Source: an uncultured SAR86 cluster bacterium
GTDB taxonomy: Bacteria; Pseudomonadota; Gammaproteobacteria; Magnimaribacterales; D2472
DNA length: 64,000 nt
Direction: 5' to 3'
Assembly: GCA_902531245.1 (NCBI GenBank)
Contig: CACADH010000005.1
Location: 11,732 to 75,731, forward strand
Under the pieces are notes generated by a model, which was given only the letters and a program-made list of their open reading frames with translations, was not told where the DNA came from and did not search any database. Every line of letters begins with the position of its first letter. Position 1 is the stretch's first letter. Positions 55,632 through 64,000 of this stretch are shown piece by piece. The position numbers and the translations under genes were made by a program.

Positions 55632-55633
55632 TT

Positions 55634-56950
55634 GTGTCAACGGTATTTGCTTTAGCTACTCCGCCAGCTAAATCAGCAATATGTGTTTTTAGGGTTTCGG
55701 GTCCTGGATGTCACAAACACCTTAAAAAGTTAATTAAAAATAAAAATTTCGATATTGGTCAATTTCATGTCAGGGGTTTTTTTTATAACGATGTTTTGAT
55801 TGATAAGGCCGGTCTTGTGGTTTTTAAAGGGCCTAACAGCTATACAGGTGAAGATTCTTTTGAGGTCTATGCTCATGGAAGTTTGGGGGTTATGTCTTCT
55901 TTTATTAAGTCTTTCAAGGGTGTGGGTTTTGAAGAGGCGGTTGGTGGAGAGTTTACCAAGCGTGCTTTTTTAAACAATAAAATTAGTTTAAATGAGGCTG
56001 AATCTGTTGCAGATTTGATTGATTCCGTGGATGAGGTTGGTGTCACTTTGTCTGGCGGTTCTCTGTTTGGTGAGATGTCTAAAAATATTGTTGTTTTTGC
56101 TGATGAGTTGGATCAGATAAGAGTAAGGGTTGAGGTGGAAATAGATTTTTCTGATGAAGGCCTTGAGTATATGGATGAGTCTATTGTTAATGATATAAGC
56201 AAATTAAAAAATAGATTTGATCTTTTTGTGGGTGGTTGTGTAAATAAAAAAGTTTGTTCACAAAAAAACAATGTTTTGTTGGTTGGCCCTGTTAATTCTG
56301 GTAAATCGTCTGTTTTTAATCGCTTGCTTGGTTTTGAAAGGGCGTTGGTTTCCAGTGTTCCTGGAACGACTAGGGATATTGTCAGTAGTGAGTTGTTTTA
56401 TGAGTCTTCTTCATTTTCTATTTTTGACTCTGCTGGTTTGAGGGACACCTCAGATGTTGTTGAAAAAGCTGGTATAGAGCTTTCTTTGTCTGAAATTAAT
56501 CAGGCCGATTTGGTGGTTGGGGTTTTTGAAGAAAATGATATTGCGTTGATAAAAAGATTTAAAGGTTTGTGTGGTGATGTGCCTTTTGTTTCTGTTCAAA
56601 ATAAAATAGATATTAATCCTTTGTTTGATAATAATGTTTTTGATTGTTGTGTTTCTGCAAAGACTGGTGAGGGTTTTGATGTTTTAAAGGGTTTGGTTGT
56701 TTCTAGGTTTAAAAAGGGAATTAAAAAAGAAGATTATAAATACATAGTAAGAGATAGGCATGAAAATTTGTTTAAATCTGTTGTTGATGCTTTAGACCAA
56801 GTTTTAAATAATTTAAATAATGGTGAGTCTTTAGAGCTTGTTGCAGAAGATCTTAAGATTGCTAGGGGTTTTTTGGATGAGTTAGTGGGTAGGAAGTTTT
56901 CCGATTCTTTGCTTGGGGATATATTTAATAATTATTGTATTGGTAAGTAG
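55634..56950 (+). CDS. mnmE: tRNA uridine-5-carboxymethylaminomethyl modification GTPase MnmE
   Basis: 438 aa with a GTG start, ALATPPAKSAICVFRVSG, a G domain GPVNSGKSS / DSAG / NKID and the C-terminal CIGK motif. Confidence 0.93.
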   Translation: MSTVFALATPPAKSAICVFRVSGPGCHKHLKKLIKNKNFDIGQFHVRGFFYNDVLIDKAGLVVFKGPNSYTGEDSFEVYAHGSLGVMSSFIKSFKGVGFEEAVGGEFTKRAFLNNKISLNEAESVADLIDSVDEVGVTLSGGSLFGEMSKNIVVFADELDQIRVRVEVEIDFSDEGLEYMDESIVNDISKLKNRFDLFVGGCVNKKVCSQKNNVLLVGPVNSGKSSVFNRLLGFERALVSSVPGTTRDIVSSELFYESSSFSIFDSAGLRDTSDVVEKAGIELSLSEINQADLVVGVFEENDIALIKRFKGLCGDVPFVSVQNKIDINPLFDNNVFDCCVSAKTGEGFDVLKGLVVSRFKKGIKKEDYKYIVRDRHENLFKSVVDALDQVLNNLNNGESLELVAEDLKIARGFLDELVGRKFSDSLLGDIFNNYCIGK

Positions 56951-57164
56951 ATAACCTGTTAGTTTTTTGTTGTTTTTTTTATGGTTTTTTTTTAGTTAAC
57001 AGTTTGTTAACTGTTATTTAAAGTGAGTCAATTATAGTTATACAGCTTTTATAATCAGCAGAATTCCTTAATGGGAGAGGAAAATAAACACTTATAAACA
57101 AAAAAATCAAACCTAATAGAAATAACAAAAAGTATATAATATAGATATTATTGTTTAATTATTT

Positions 57165-59012
57165 ATGTATAAATTCGATGTAATTGTTGTGGGCGCTGGT
57201 CATGCAGGTGTTGAGGCTGCTTATGCTGTAGACAGAATGGGACTCTCATGCGCCCTAGTTACCTTTGATCTAAAAACAATAGGTCAAATGTCGTGCAACC
57301 CAGCAATAGGAGGACTAGGTAAATCACATATTGTAAGAGAGATCGAAGCAATGGGAGGTTTGATGCCCATCGCAACAGATATGTCAGGCATTCAATATAG
57401 AACACTTAACACAAGAAAGGGAGATGCAGTTCAAGCTTTGAGGGTTCAATGTGACAGAGATCTTTATAAAAAAGCTGTTCAAAAAATTCTTAAAAAAACA
57501 AACATAGAAATTATCGAGGATGAGGTAATTGACCTTATAACAAACAAAAAAACAGTTAAAGGCGTTATTACAAACAAGTATAAAATATCAGCAAAAAGAA
57601 CAATCTTAACAACCGGAACTTTTTTAAACGGTAAGATGTATACAGGAGATGAGGTAACGCCTGGGGGGAGAGCTGGTGACGGTTCTGCAATACCGCTTTC
57701 AGAAAAACTCTATAGTTTAAATATCCCAATGGGAAGATTGAAAACAGGAACACCAGCAAGAATAAAACTATCAAGCATCAATTTAAACAAAATGGAAGAA
57801 CAACCCGGCGAAAAACCAACCCCCTGGATGTCTCTTTACAACAGACCCAAAAAACACCAAAAACAACTATCTTGTTTCATAACAAGAACCAACAAAAAAA
57901 CCCATCAAATAATAGAAAAAAACACACACCTTTCCGCAATGTATTCGGGAAACATAGTTGGAATTGGTCCTAGGTATTGCCCCTCAATTGAAGACAAAGT
58001 AAATAAATTTAAAAATAAAGAAAGCCACCAGATATTTATTGAACCAGAAGGAATCAACAAAGACCTCGTTTACCCAAACGGAATATCAACAAGCCTCCCA
58101 AAAAAAGCACAAGAGAGTTTTGTTTATTCAATAAAAGGACTAGAGAATGCCAATATCACCGAGTATGGCTATGCTGTTGAGTACGACTTCATAGACCCAA
58201 GAAACATAAAACAAACCCTAGAAACAAAATTTTTCAAAAATTTTTACTTAGCTGGACAAATTAACGGGACCACCGGCTATGAAGAAGCGGCGGCACAGGG
58301 GCTCATGGCAGGAGTTAACGCAACAAGGTCGATACAAAAAAAAACAGAGGTTGTTTTAGAGAGAAGCGAAGCTTATATAGGAGTATTAATAGACGATCTC
58401 ACAAACCACGGAATAACCGAACCATATAGAATGTTTACAAGCAGAGCAGAACACAGACTCCTTTTATCACAAAACAACGCCGAACAAAGATTACTGCTTA
58501 AAGCTTTTGACCTAGGCCTGATTGAAAAAAACAGAAAAACAGAATACGTAAAAAAAGAACACGAATACAAAGAGTTTGTAAAAAACACCCTGAAAAAAAC
58601 AAAAATTAAGTCTTTTATAAACAACAAAAATGAGAAAATTGATTTACCAGAGAAAAAAGACATCACCGAATTGCTTAAGAGAACAGATATAAACAACAAA
58701 AAAATCTATAAAACAAAAACAAACGAAAAAAAGTTTTTTGAAAGAGCAGCAAGGGAAGCAAAATACGAAGGATATATTGAAAAACAACTAAGAGAAATCA
58801 AAAAAACAAAAAAACAAAACAAGAAAAAAATACCACCAAACCTTAACTACTCAAACATAGCCGGGCTTTCTAATGAAGTAAAAGAAAAACTCACAAATCA
58901 CAAACCAGAAACAATTGGTATGGCCTCAAGACTTGAGGGCGTAACCCCAGCAGCGGTTAATCTAATACTAATACAATTGAAAAAAAACGAGCTGCAAAAA
59001 CAAAATGCATAA
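57165..59012 (+). CDS. mnmG: tRNA uridine 5-carboxymethylaminomethyl modification enzyme MnmG (GidA)
   Basis: 615 aa with an FAD motif [33 protein letters not shown] and [17 protein letters not shown]. Confidence 0.95.
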   Translation: MYKFDVIVVGAGHAGVEAAYAVDRMGLSCALVTFDLKTIGQMSCNPAIGGLGKSHIVREIEAMGGLMPIATDMSGIQYRTLNTRKGDAVQALRVQCDRDLYKKAVQKILKKTNIEIIEDEVIDLITNKKTVKGVITNKYKISAKRTILTTGTFLNGKMYTGDEVTPGGRAGDGSAIPLSEKLYSLNIPMGRLKTGTPARIKLSSINLNKMEEQPGEKPTPWMSLYNRPKKHQKQLSCFITRTNKKTHQIIEKNTHLSAMYSGNIVGIGPRYCPSIEDKVNKFKNKESHQIFIEPEGINKDLVYPNGISTSLPKKAQESFVYSIKGLENANITEYGYAVEYDFIDPRNIKQTLETKFFKNFYLAGQINGTTGYEEAAAQGLMAGVNATRSIQKKTEVVLERSEAYIGVLIDDLTNHGITEPYRMFTSRAEHRLLLSQNNAEQRLLLKAFDLGLIEKNRKTEYVKKEHEYKEFVKNTLKKTKIKSFINNKNEKIDLPEKKDITELLKRTDINNKKIYKTKTNEKKFFERAAREAKYEGYIEKQLREIKKTKKQNKKKIPPNLNYSNIAGLSNEVKEKLTNHKPETIGMASRLEGVTPAAVNLILIQLKKNELQKQNA

Positions 59013-59592
59013 CCTGTTCACAAAAGAACAAAATGAAAAAATATCCACATTTATAGATCTCGCACTAGAATTTAACAAAACACACAATATTTTTTCGAGA
59101 ACAGACAACCAAGAGGTTTTTTATAAAGACATTCTTGATTGCCACCCAATAATCCAATATTTAAAAAAGGAAAAAACGGCCCTAGACCTTGGGTCTGGAG
59201 GGGGTTTCCCAGGCATTCTTTTATCAATAACAAAACCAAAAAACAAAATATATTTAATAGAAAGCAGTGCTAAAAAATGCTATTTCTTGAGGTCCGCTGT
59301 CGACAAACTTTCTTTAAGCAACACAACCATAATTAATAAAAAGATAACCACAAACAACACCCTTGGCACATTCGACATCATTACTGCAAGAGCCTTTGCA
59401 AGCATAAAAAACATAATAGACCTAACTCAAAACAATACAAACAACAAATCCAAATATGTTTTACTAAAAGGTAAAAAGAAAACCATAAAACAAGAATTAA
59501 AAGACATAAACAAAAACACTCACATATATGAAATAATTAAACAAGAGCTTGGTCCTGAAGAAAGGCATGTGGTTTTGATAAGAGAAAAATGA
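59005..59592 (+). CDS. rsmG: 16S rRNA (guanine527-N7)-methyltransferase RsmG (GidB)
   Basis: 195 aa with a SAM motif [16 protein letters not shown] and ITARAFA. It follows mnmG. Confidence 0.85.
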   Translation: MHNLFTKEQNEKISTFIDLALEFNKTHNIFSRTDNQEVFYKDILDCHPIIQYLKKEKTALDLGSGGGFPGILLSITKPKNKIYLIESSAKKCYFLRSAVDKLSLSNTTIINKKITTNNTLGTFDIITARAFASIKNIIDLTQNNTNNKSKYVLLKGKKKTIKQELKDINKNTHIYEIIKQELGPEERHVVLIREK

Positions 59593-60350
59593 ATAAAATA
59601 ATAGCAATTGCAAACCAAAAAGGAGGAGTTGGCAAAACAACAACAGCAGTTAACCTTTCAGCAAGCCTTGCAGCAACAAAAAGAAAGGTTCTCTTAATTG
59701 ATATGGACCCCCAAGGAAATGCTAGCACTGCAGCAGGCATTCTAACAGAGGACCCAAATACGCTTTACAGCCATTATTTTGATGCCACCCCAATCGAAGA
59801 TTGCACATACTCAAGCAAAGACGGATACGACATCATCCCTGGGGGTGAAGAGTTAATTGCGCTTGAGGTTTCAATTAGAAACGACAACAAACAAGGGTTT
59901 CTTTTGAAAAGCTTAGAAGGAGTTTCTAATAAATATGACTACACAATTATTGATACACCCCCAACATTAAATCAACTAACAATAGAGGGTCTTTTTTGTG
60001 CGTCTGGAACGCTAATACCACTCCAGTGTGAGTATTATTCATTGGAAGGGGTTACTGGTCTTATGACAACCATTCAAACACTTTCAGACAAAAACATGTC
60101 ATCTAACAGGGTTATTGGTATTGTAAGAACAATGGTTGATATGAGAAACAACCTAGCAAAAGAGGTTTCTGATGAGCTGGAAAAGCACTTTAAGAATTTA
60201 GTTTTTAATACACTAATACCAAGAAATGTAAAACTGGCGGAGGCCCCCAGCCATGGAATATCTGGTATAAAATATATGCCAAACTCTTACGGTGCTAAGG
60301 CTTATTTAGCCCTGGCTGGTGAGGTAATTAGAAAGGTGGAGTATGCCTGA
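59589..60350 (+). CDS. parA: chromosome partitioning ATPase ParA (Soj)
   Basis: 253 aa with the deviant Walker A IANQKGGVGKTTTAVNL, DMDPQGNAS and IIDTPP. Confidence 0.9.
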   Translation: MNKIIAIANQKGGVGKTTTAVNLSASLAATKRKVLLIDMDPQGNASTAAGILTEDPNTLYSHYFDATPIEDCTYSSKDGYDIIPGGEELIALEVSIRNDNKQGFLLKSLEGVSNKYDYTIIDTPPTLNQLTIEGLFCASGTLIPLQCEYYSLEGVTGLMTTIQTLSDKNMSSNRVIGIVRTMVDMRNNLAKEVSDELEKHFKNLVFNTLIPRNVKLAEAPSHGISGIKYMPNSYGAKAYLALAGEVIRKVEYA

Positions 60351-61182
60351 AGACAAAAAAACATTAAACAAAGGACTAGATGCTTTGTTGGGTCAATCAA
60401 ATACAAACCAAAGAGCGGTAAAAGAAATTGACCTAAACAAAATAAAACCAGGAAGATTCCAACCAAGATCAAATTTTGATAAAGAAAAACTGGAAGAACT
60501 AACAGCTTCGATAAAAAACCAAGGAGTGTTATCTCCAATCTTAGTAAGAGAGCTCGGCTTAAATGAATATGAGGTTATTGCAGGAGAAAGAAGATTAAGG
60601 GCCTCAAAAATGGCTAAACTAAAAACAATCCCATGTTTGGTCGACCAAAAACAAGACCAAGATGCGTTGGTATCCGCCCTTATAGAAAACTTACAAAGAG
60701 AAGATCTTAACCCTGTAGAGGAGGCAAGAGGCCTAGACAGATTAAAAAGAGAGTTTGGTCTAACCCAAGAAGAGGTTGCTATTTCTACAGGAAAGGCTAG
60801 AAGCACTATAGCAAATTCCTTGAGGTTATTATCTCTTCCACCCAGGGTTCTGGATATGCTTTCGGCTGGGCAAATTGAAAAAGGGCACGCCAAACTCCTT
60901 GCATCCCTTGATCCAGAAGAGGCGGAAAAAGCAGCCGAAAATATTATAAAAAACAAACTTAGCGTAAAAGATCTAAACAAACTATCAAACCATAAAAAAA
61001 CATCTAAAAGTGCTAATAAAAACAACAAAGACACAGATATTTTAAATATAGAGCAAGAGATGTCTGGAGATTTTGGGCATAAGATAGAAATAGAATCAAA
61101 AAATAAAAAAAGCGGCAAAGTAAGTATTTTTTATAAGACCCTAGATGAGCTTGATATTATTATTTCAAAACTAAAAAAGTAA
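60343..61182 (+). CDS. parB: chromosome partitioning protein ParB (Spo0J)
   Basis: 279 aa with QPRSNFD, GVLSPILVR, VIAGERRLRAS (ParB box) and an HTH region LTQEEVAISTGKARSTIANSLRLL. Confidence 0.9.
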   Translation: MPEDKKTLNKGLDALLGQSNTNQRAVKEIDLNKIKPGRFQPRSNFDKEKLEELTASIKNQGVLSPILVRELGLNEYEVIAGERRLRASKMAKLKTIPCLVDQKQDQDALVSALIENLQREDLNPVEEARGLDRLKREFGLTQEEVAISTGKARSTIANSLRLLSLPPRVLDMLSAGQIEKGHAKLLASLDPEEAEKAAENIIKNKLSVKDLNKLSNHKKTSKSANKNNKDTDILNIEQEMSGDFGHKIEIESKNKKSGKVSIFYKTLDELDIIISKLKK

Positions 61183-61211
61183 TTAAGGTTTAAAATTAAG
61201 ATAAAAACAAC

Positions 61212-62509
<1,298 letters not shown>

Positions 62510-62523
62510 TCCTCAACTTATAG

Positions 62524-62754
<231 letters not shown>

Positions 62755-62775
62755 AGTAAAGATAAATATTAAGAT

Positions 62776-63246
62776 ATGAATATTAACGCAACCTTACTTG
62801 CCCAAGCAGTTGTAATGATTGTGTTTGTGGCGATATGTTGGAGATATATTTACCCTCCAATACTTTCGGTTATGCAAGAAAGAGAAAAAAAGATTTCTGA
62901 TGGATTAGAGGCAGCCAAAAAAGCAGACGATTCTCTAGAGGAGGCCAAATTAGCTTTTGATAAGGAGCTAAATCAAGCAAAGAGTGAGGCTGCCGAAATT
63001 CTTGAGAAGGCAAACACTAGAGCGTCTCAGATTGTTGGAGATGCATCAAAGAAAGCAGAGTCTGAAGCAGAGAAAATAATGGCGTCAGCATCAACGGCCA
63101 TTGAGAATGAAACCAATAAAGCCAAAGAAGAACTGAGAGAACAAATGTCAGACATCATTATTGATACAACCCAAAAAATTCTAGGCGATGAGATCTCAAA
63201 AGAAAAACACGAAGCTATTCTCAAAAAAGCAGCAGAGGAATTATAG
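62776..63246 (+). CDS. atpF: F0F1 ATP synthase subunit b
   Basis: 156 aa with MNINATLLAQAVVMIVFV, one TM helix and a long charged coiled coil. Confidence 0.85.
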   Translation: MNINATLLAQAVVMIVFVAICWRYIYPPILSVMQEREKKISDGLEAAKKADDSLEEAKLAFDKELNQAKSEAAEILEKANTRASQIVGDASKKAESEAEKIMASASTAIENETNKAKEELREQMSDIIIDTTQKILGDEISKEKHEAILKKAAEEL

Positions 63247-63249
63247 ATA

Positions 63250-63786
63250 ATGATTGAATTAACGCCTTTAGCTAGACCATATGCAAAAGCTCTTTTTGCC
63301 GCAGCTGTAGAGTCGAAAAATATTGATGAAATGGCAGAAGAACTTAAGATAATGGCTGCTGCTTCACAAACAAAAGGCGTTAAAAATACTATAGAAAATC
63401 CTTCTTTATCAAGAAAAGAGGTTGTAGAAATTCTTGTTAAATTATTTGAAGAAAGCACTTCTGATACCCTAAGAAAACTTATTGAAATATTGGCTGAAAA
63501 CAAGCGTTTAAATTTACTTGAGCCTATATATTTTATTTACCAAAGCCTTCTAGAGAAACATAAAGAGCAAAATTCAATTCAGGTTTATGTTGCTGTTGAA
63601 CCTGGAGAGGAAGCTAAAAATAACATAGAAAAAAAACTAAGATCAACATATGGCAAAGATGCCAACATTTATTTTTCAAAAGACCCAAAAATGATGGGCG
63701 GCCTATCAATTAAGATAGGCGACGAAACACTTGACCTCTCTATTAGAGGAAAGGTCAACAAACTTGTAAACCAATTAAATTTTTAA
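63250..63786 (+). CDS. atpH: F0F1 ATP synthase subunit delta
   Basis: 178 aa with LARPYAKALF and a C-terminal GGLSIKIGDETLDLSIRGKVNKL. Confidence 0.85.
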   Translation: MIELTPLARPYAKALFAAAVESKNIDEMAEELKIMAAASQTKGVKNTIENPSLSRKEVVEILVKLFEESTSDTLRKLIEILAENKRLNLLEPIYFIYQSLLEKHKEQNSIQVYVAVEPGEEAKNNIEKKLRSTYGKDANIYFSKDPKMMGGLSIKIGDETLDLSIRGKVNKLVNQLNF

Positions 63787-63795
63787 GGTGAAAAA

Positions 63796-64000
63796 ATGAG
63801 TCAATTAAATCCATCAGAAATATCTAGCGTTTTAAAAGAGAAAATTGCTGGTTTGGATCTTTCTGCAGAAAGAAAAAATGAAGGTATTGTTGTTAGTGTG
63901 TCTGATGGCATTGTAAGAATACATGGCATGGGAGATGTAATGTATGGTGAGGTTATAGAGTTTGAAAATGGCACTAAGGGCATGGCCCTAAACCTAGAGC
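63796..64000 (+). CDS. atpA: F0F1 ATP synthase subunit alpha (5' part, truncated by the window end)
   Basis: Absent from the ORF track because there is no stop in the window. [68 protein letters not shown] is a canonical AtpA N-terminus. Confidence 0.9.
   Translation, partial: MSQLNPSEISSVLKEKIAGLDLSAERKNEGIVVSVSDGIVRIHGMGDVMYGEVIEFENGTKGMALNLE

Larger units (their letters stand above)
53940..57060 (+). other. keto-rich (G+T) composition block on the + strand
   Basis: Counted + strand lines: 53941-54000 A11 T33 G11 C5; 54241-54300 A10 T28 G16 C6; 56341-56400 A11 T22 G19 C8. The preceding line 53881-53940 is A34 T13 G10 C3. The block covers the 3' part of rnpA, yidC and mnmE. Boundaries are approximate. 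Confidence 0.8.
57070..61040 (+). other. amino-rich (A+C) composition block on the + strand
   Basis: Counted + strand lines: 57841-57900 A34 T8 G3 C15; 59341-59400 A22 T12 G8 C18; 60961-61020 A34 T11 G5 C10. The block covers mnmG, rsmG, parA and most of parB. The right boundary is soft. Confidence 0.75.

Noticed and set aside
57061-57066. EcoRI site GAATTC exactly at the composition switch, possibly a cloning or assembly scar
   Set aside because: GAATTC is expected by chance several times in 64 kb of AT-rich DNA (another is at 8993-8998). Gene order across the site is the native mnmE-mnmG order, and there is no vector-like sequence.
57568-59740. Antisense ORFs inside mnmG and rsmG/parA (57568..57774, 58373..58699, 59537..59740)
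   Set aside because: They have the same compositional cause as the parB antisense ORF. Their translations are low-complexity, and they overlap strongly supported genes.
60393-61118. 241-aa ORF antisense to parB, the longest unexplained ORF in the track
   Set aside because: It fully overlaps a clear parB gene. Its translation is low-complexity (rich in S, F and L). Its length is explained by the A+C-rich sense strand, which makes the antisense strand poor in A and therefore poor in stop codons.

Overview
This window is about 64 kb of origin-proximal chromosome from an AT-rich, very compact genome with gammaproteobacterial gene order. About one third G+C was found in the control lines I counted. 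I call 73 protein genes and found no rRNA, tRNA, CRISPR array, transposase or prophage. Synteny blocks from left to right are as follows. (1) (ubiE)-ubiJ-ubiB-tatABC. (2) A minus-strand block with a LOG-family gene, dtd, class I fba, pgk and tkt. (3) metK-ahcY, then lptM-like-lysA-dapF-DUF484-xerC-yigB-like-ubiK-like. (4) Minus-strand pseudoazurin-dsbA-cytochrome c4. (5) engB followed by a three-gene insertion (HDxxH protein, lipoprotein alpha/beta hydrolase, Tat-exported PhoD-like phosphatase), then polA. (6) dsbB, pckA-gshA and a quinone oxidoreductase. (7) A complete aa3 cytochrome oxidase structural and assembly cluster: coxB-coxA-ctaG-coxC, DUF2909, SURF1, an unknown, ctaA-ctaB-SCO1. (8) yheV-aroE-hemF-tsaC-purE. 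(9) def-fmt-trkA-trkH, lpxL, a single-chain GlyRS and plsC. (10) The classical origin neighbourhood: gyrB-recF-dnaN-dnaA on the minus strand, diverging from rpmH-rnpA-yidC-mnmE-mnmG-rsmG-parA-parB-atpIBEFHA. The strongest unexplained signal is compositional. Two abutting blocks, about 53.94-57.06 kb and 57.07-61.04 kb, carry same-strand core genes but mirror-image base composition. The first is G+T-rich on the + strand and the second is A+C-rich. They meet in the mnmE-mnmG spacer, and the polarity is opposite to what a replication origin at that spacer would produce. Other points worth a second look are a parS palindrome inside the recF 3' end and a minimal dnaA-rpmH spacer with only one perfect DnaA box. 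Also notable are a GyrB lacking the proteobacterial insertion and an alpha2-type GlyRS in a gamma-type context. The remaining ones are a COQ4-motif protein coupled to engB and a roughly 90-nt imperfect palindrome covering the pckA translation start region. All functional calls come from reading the translated ORFs and from synteny. No database search was run.
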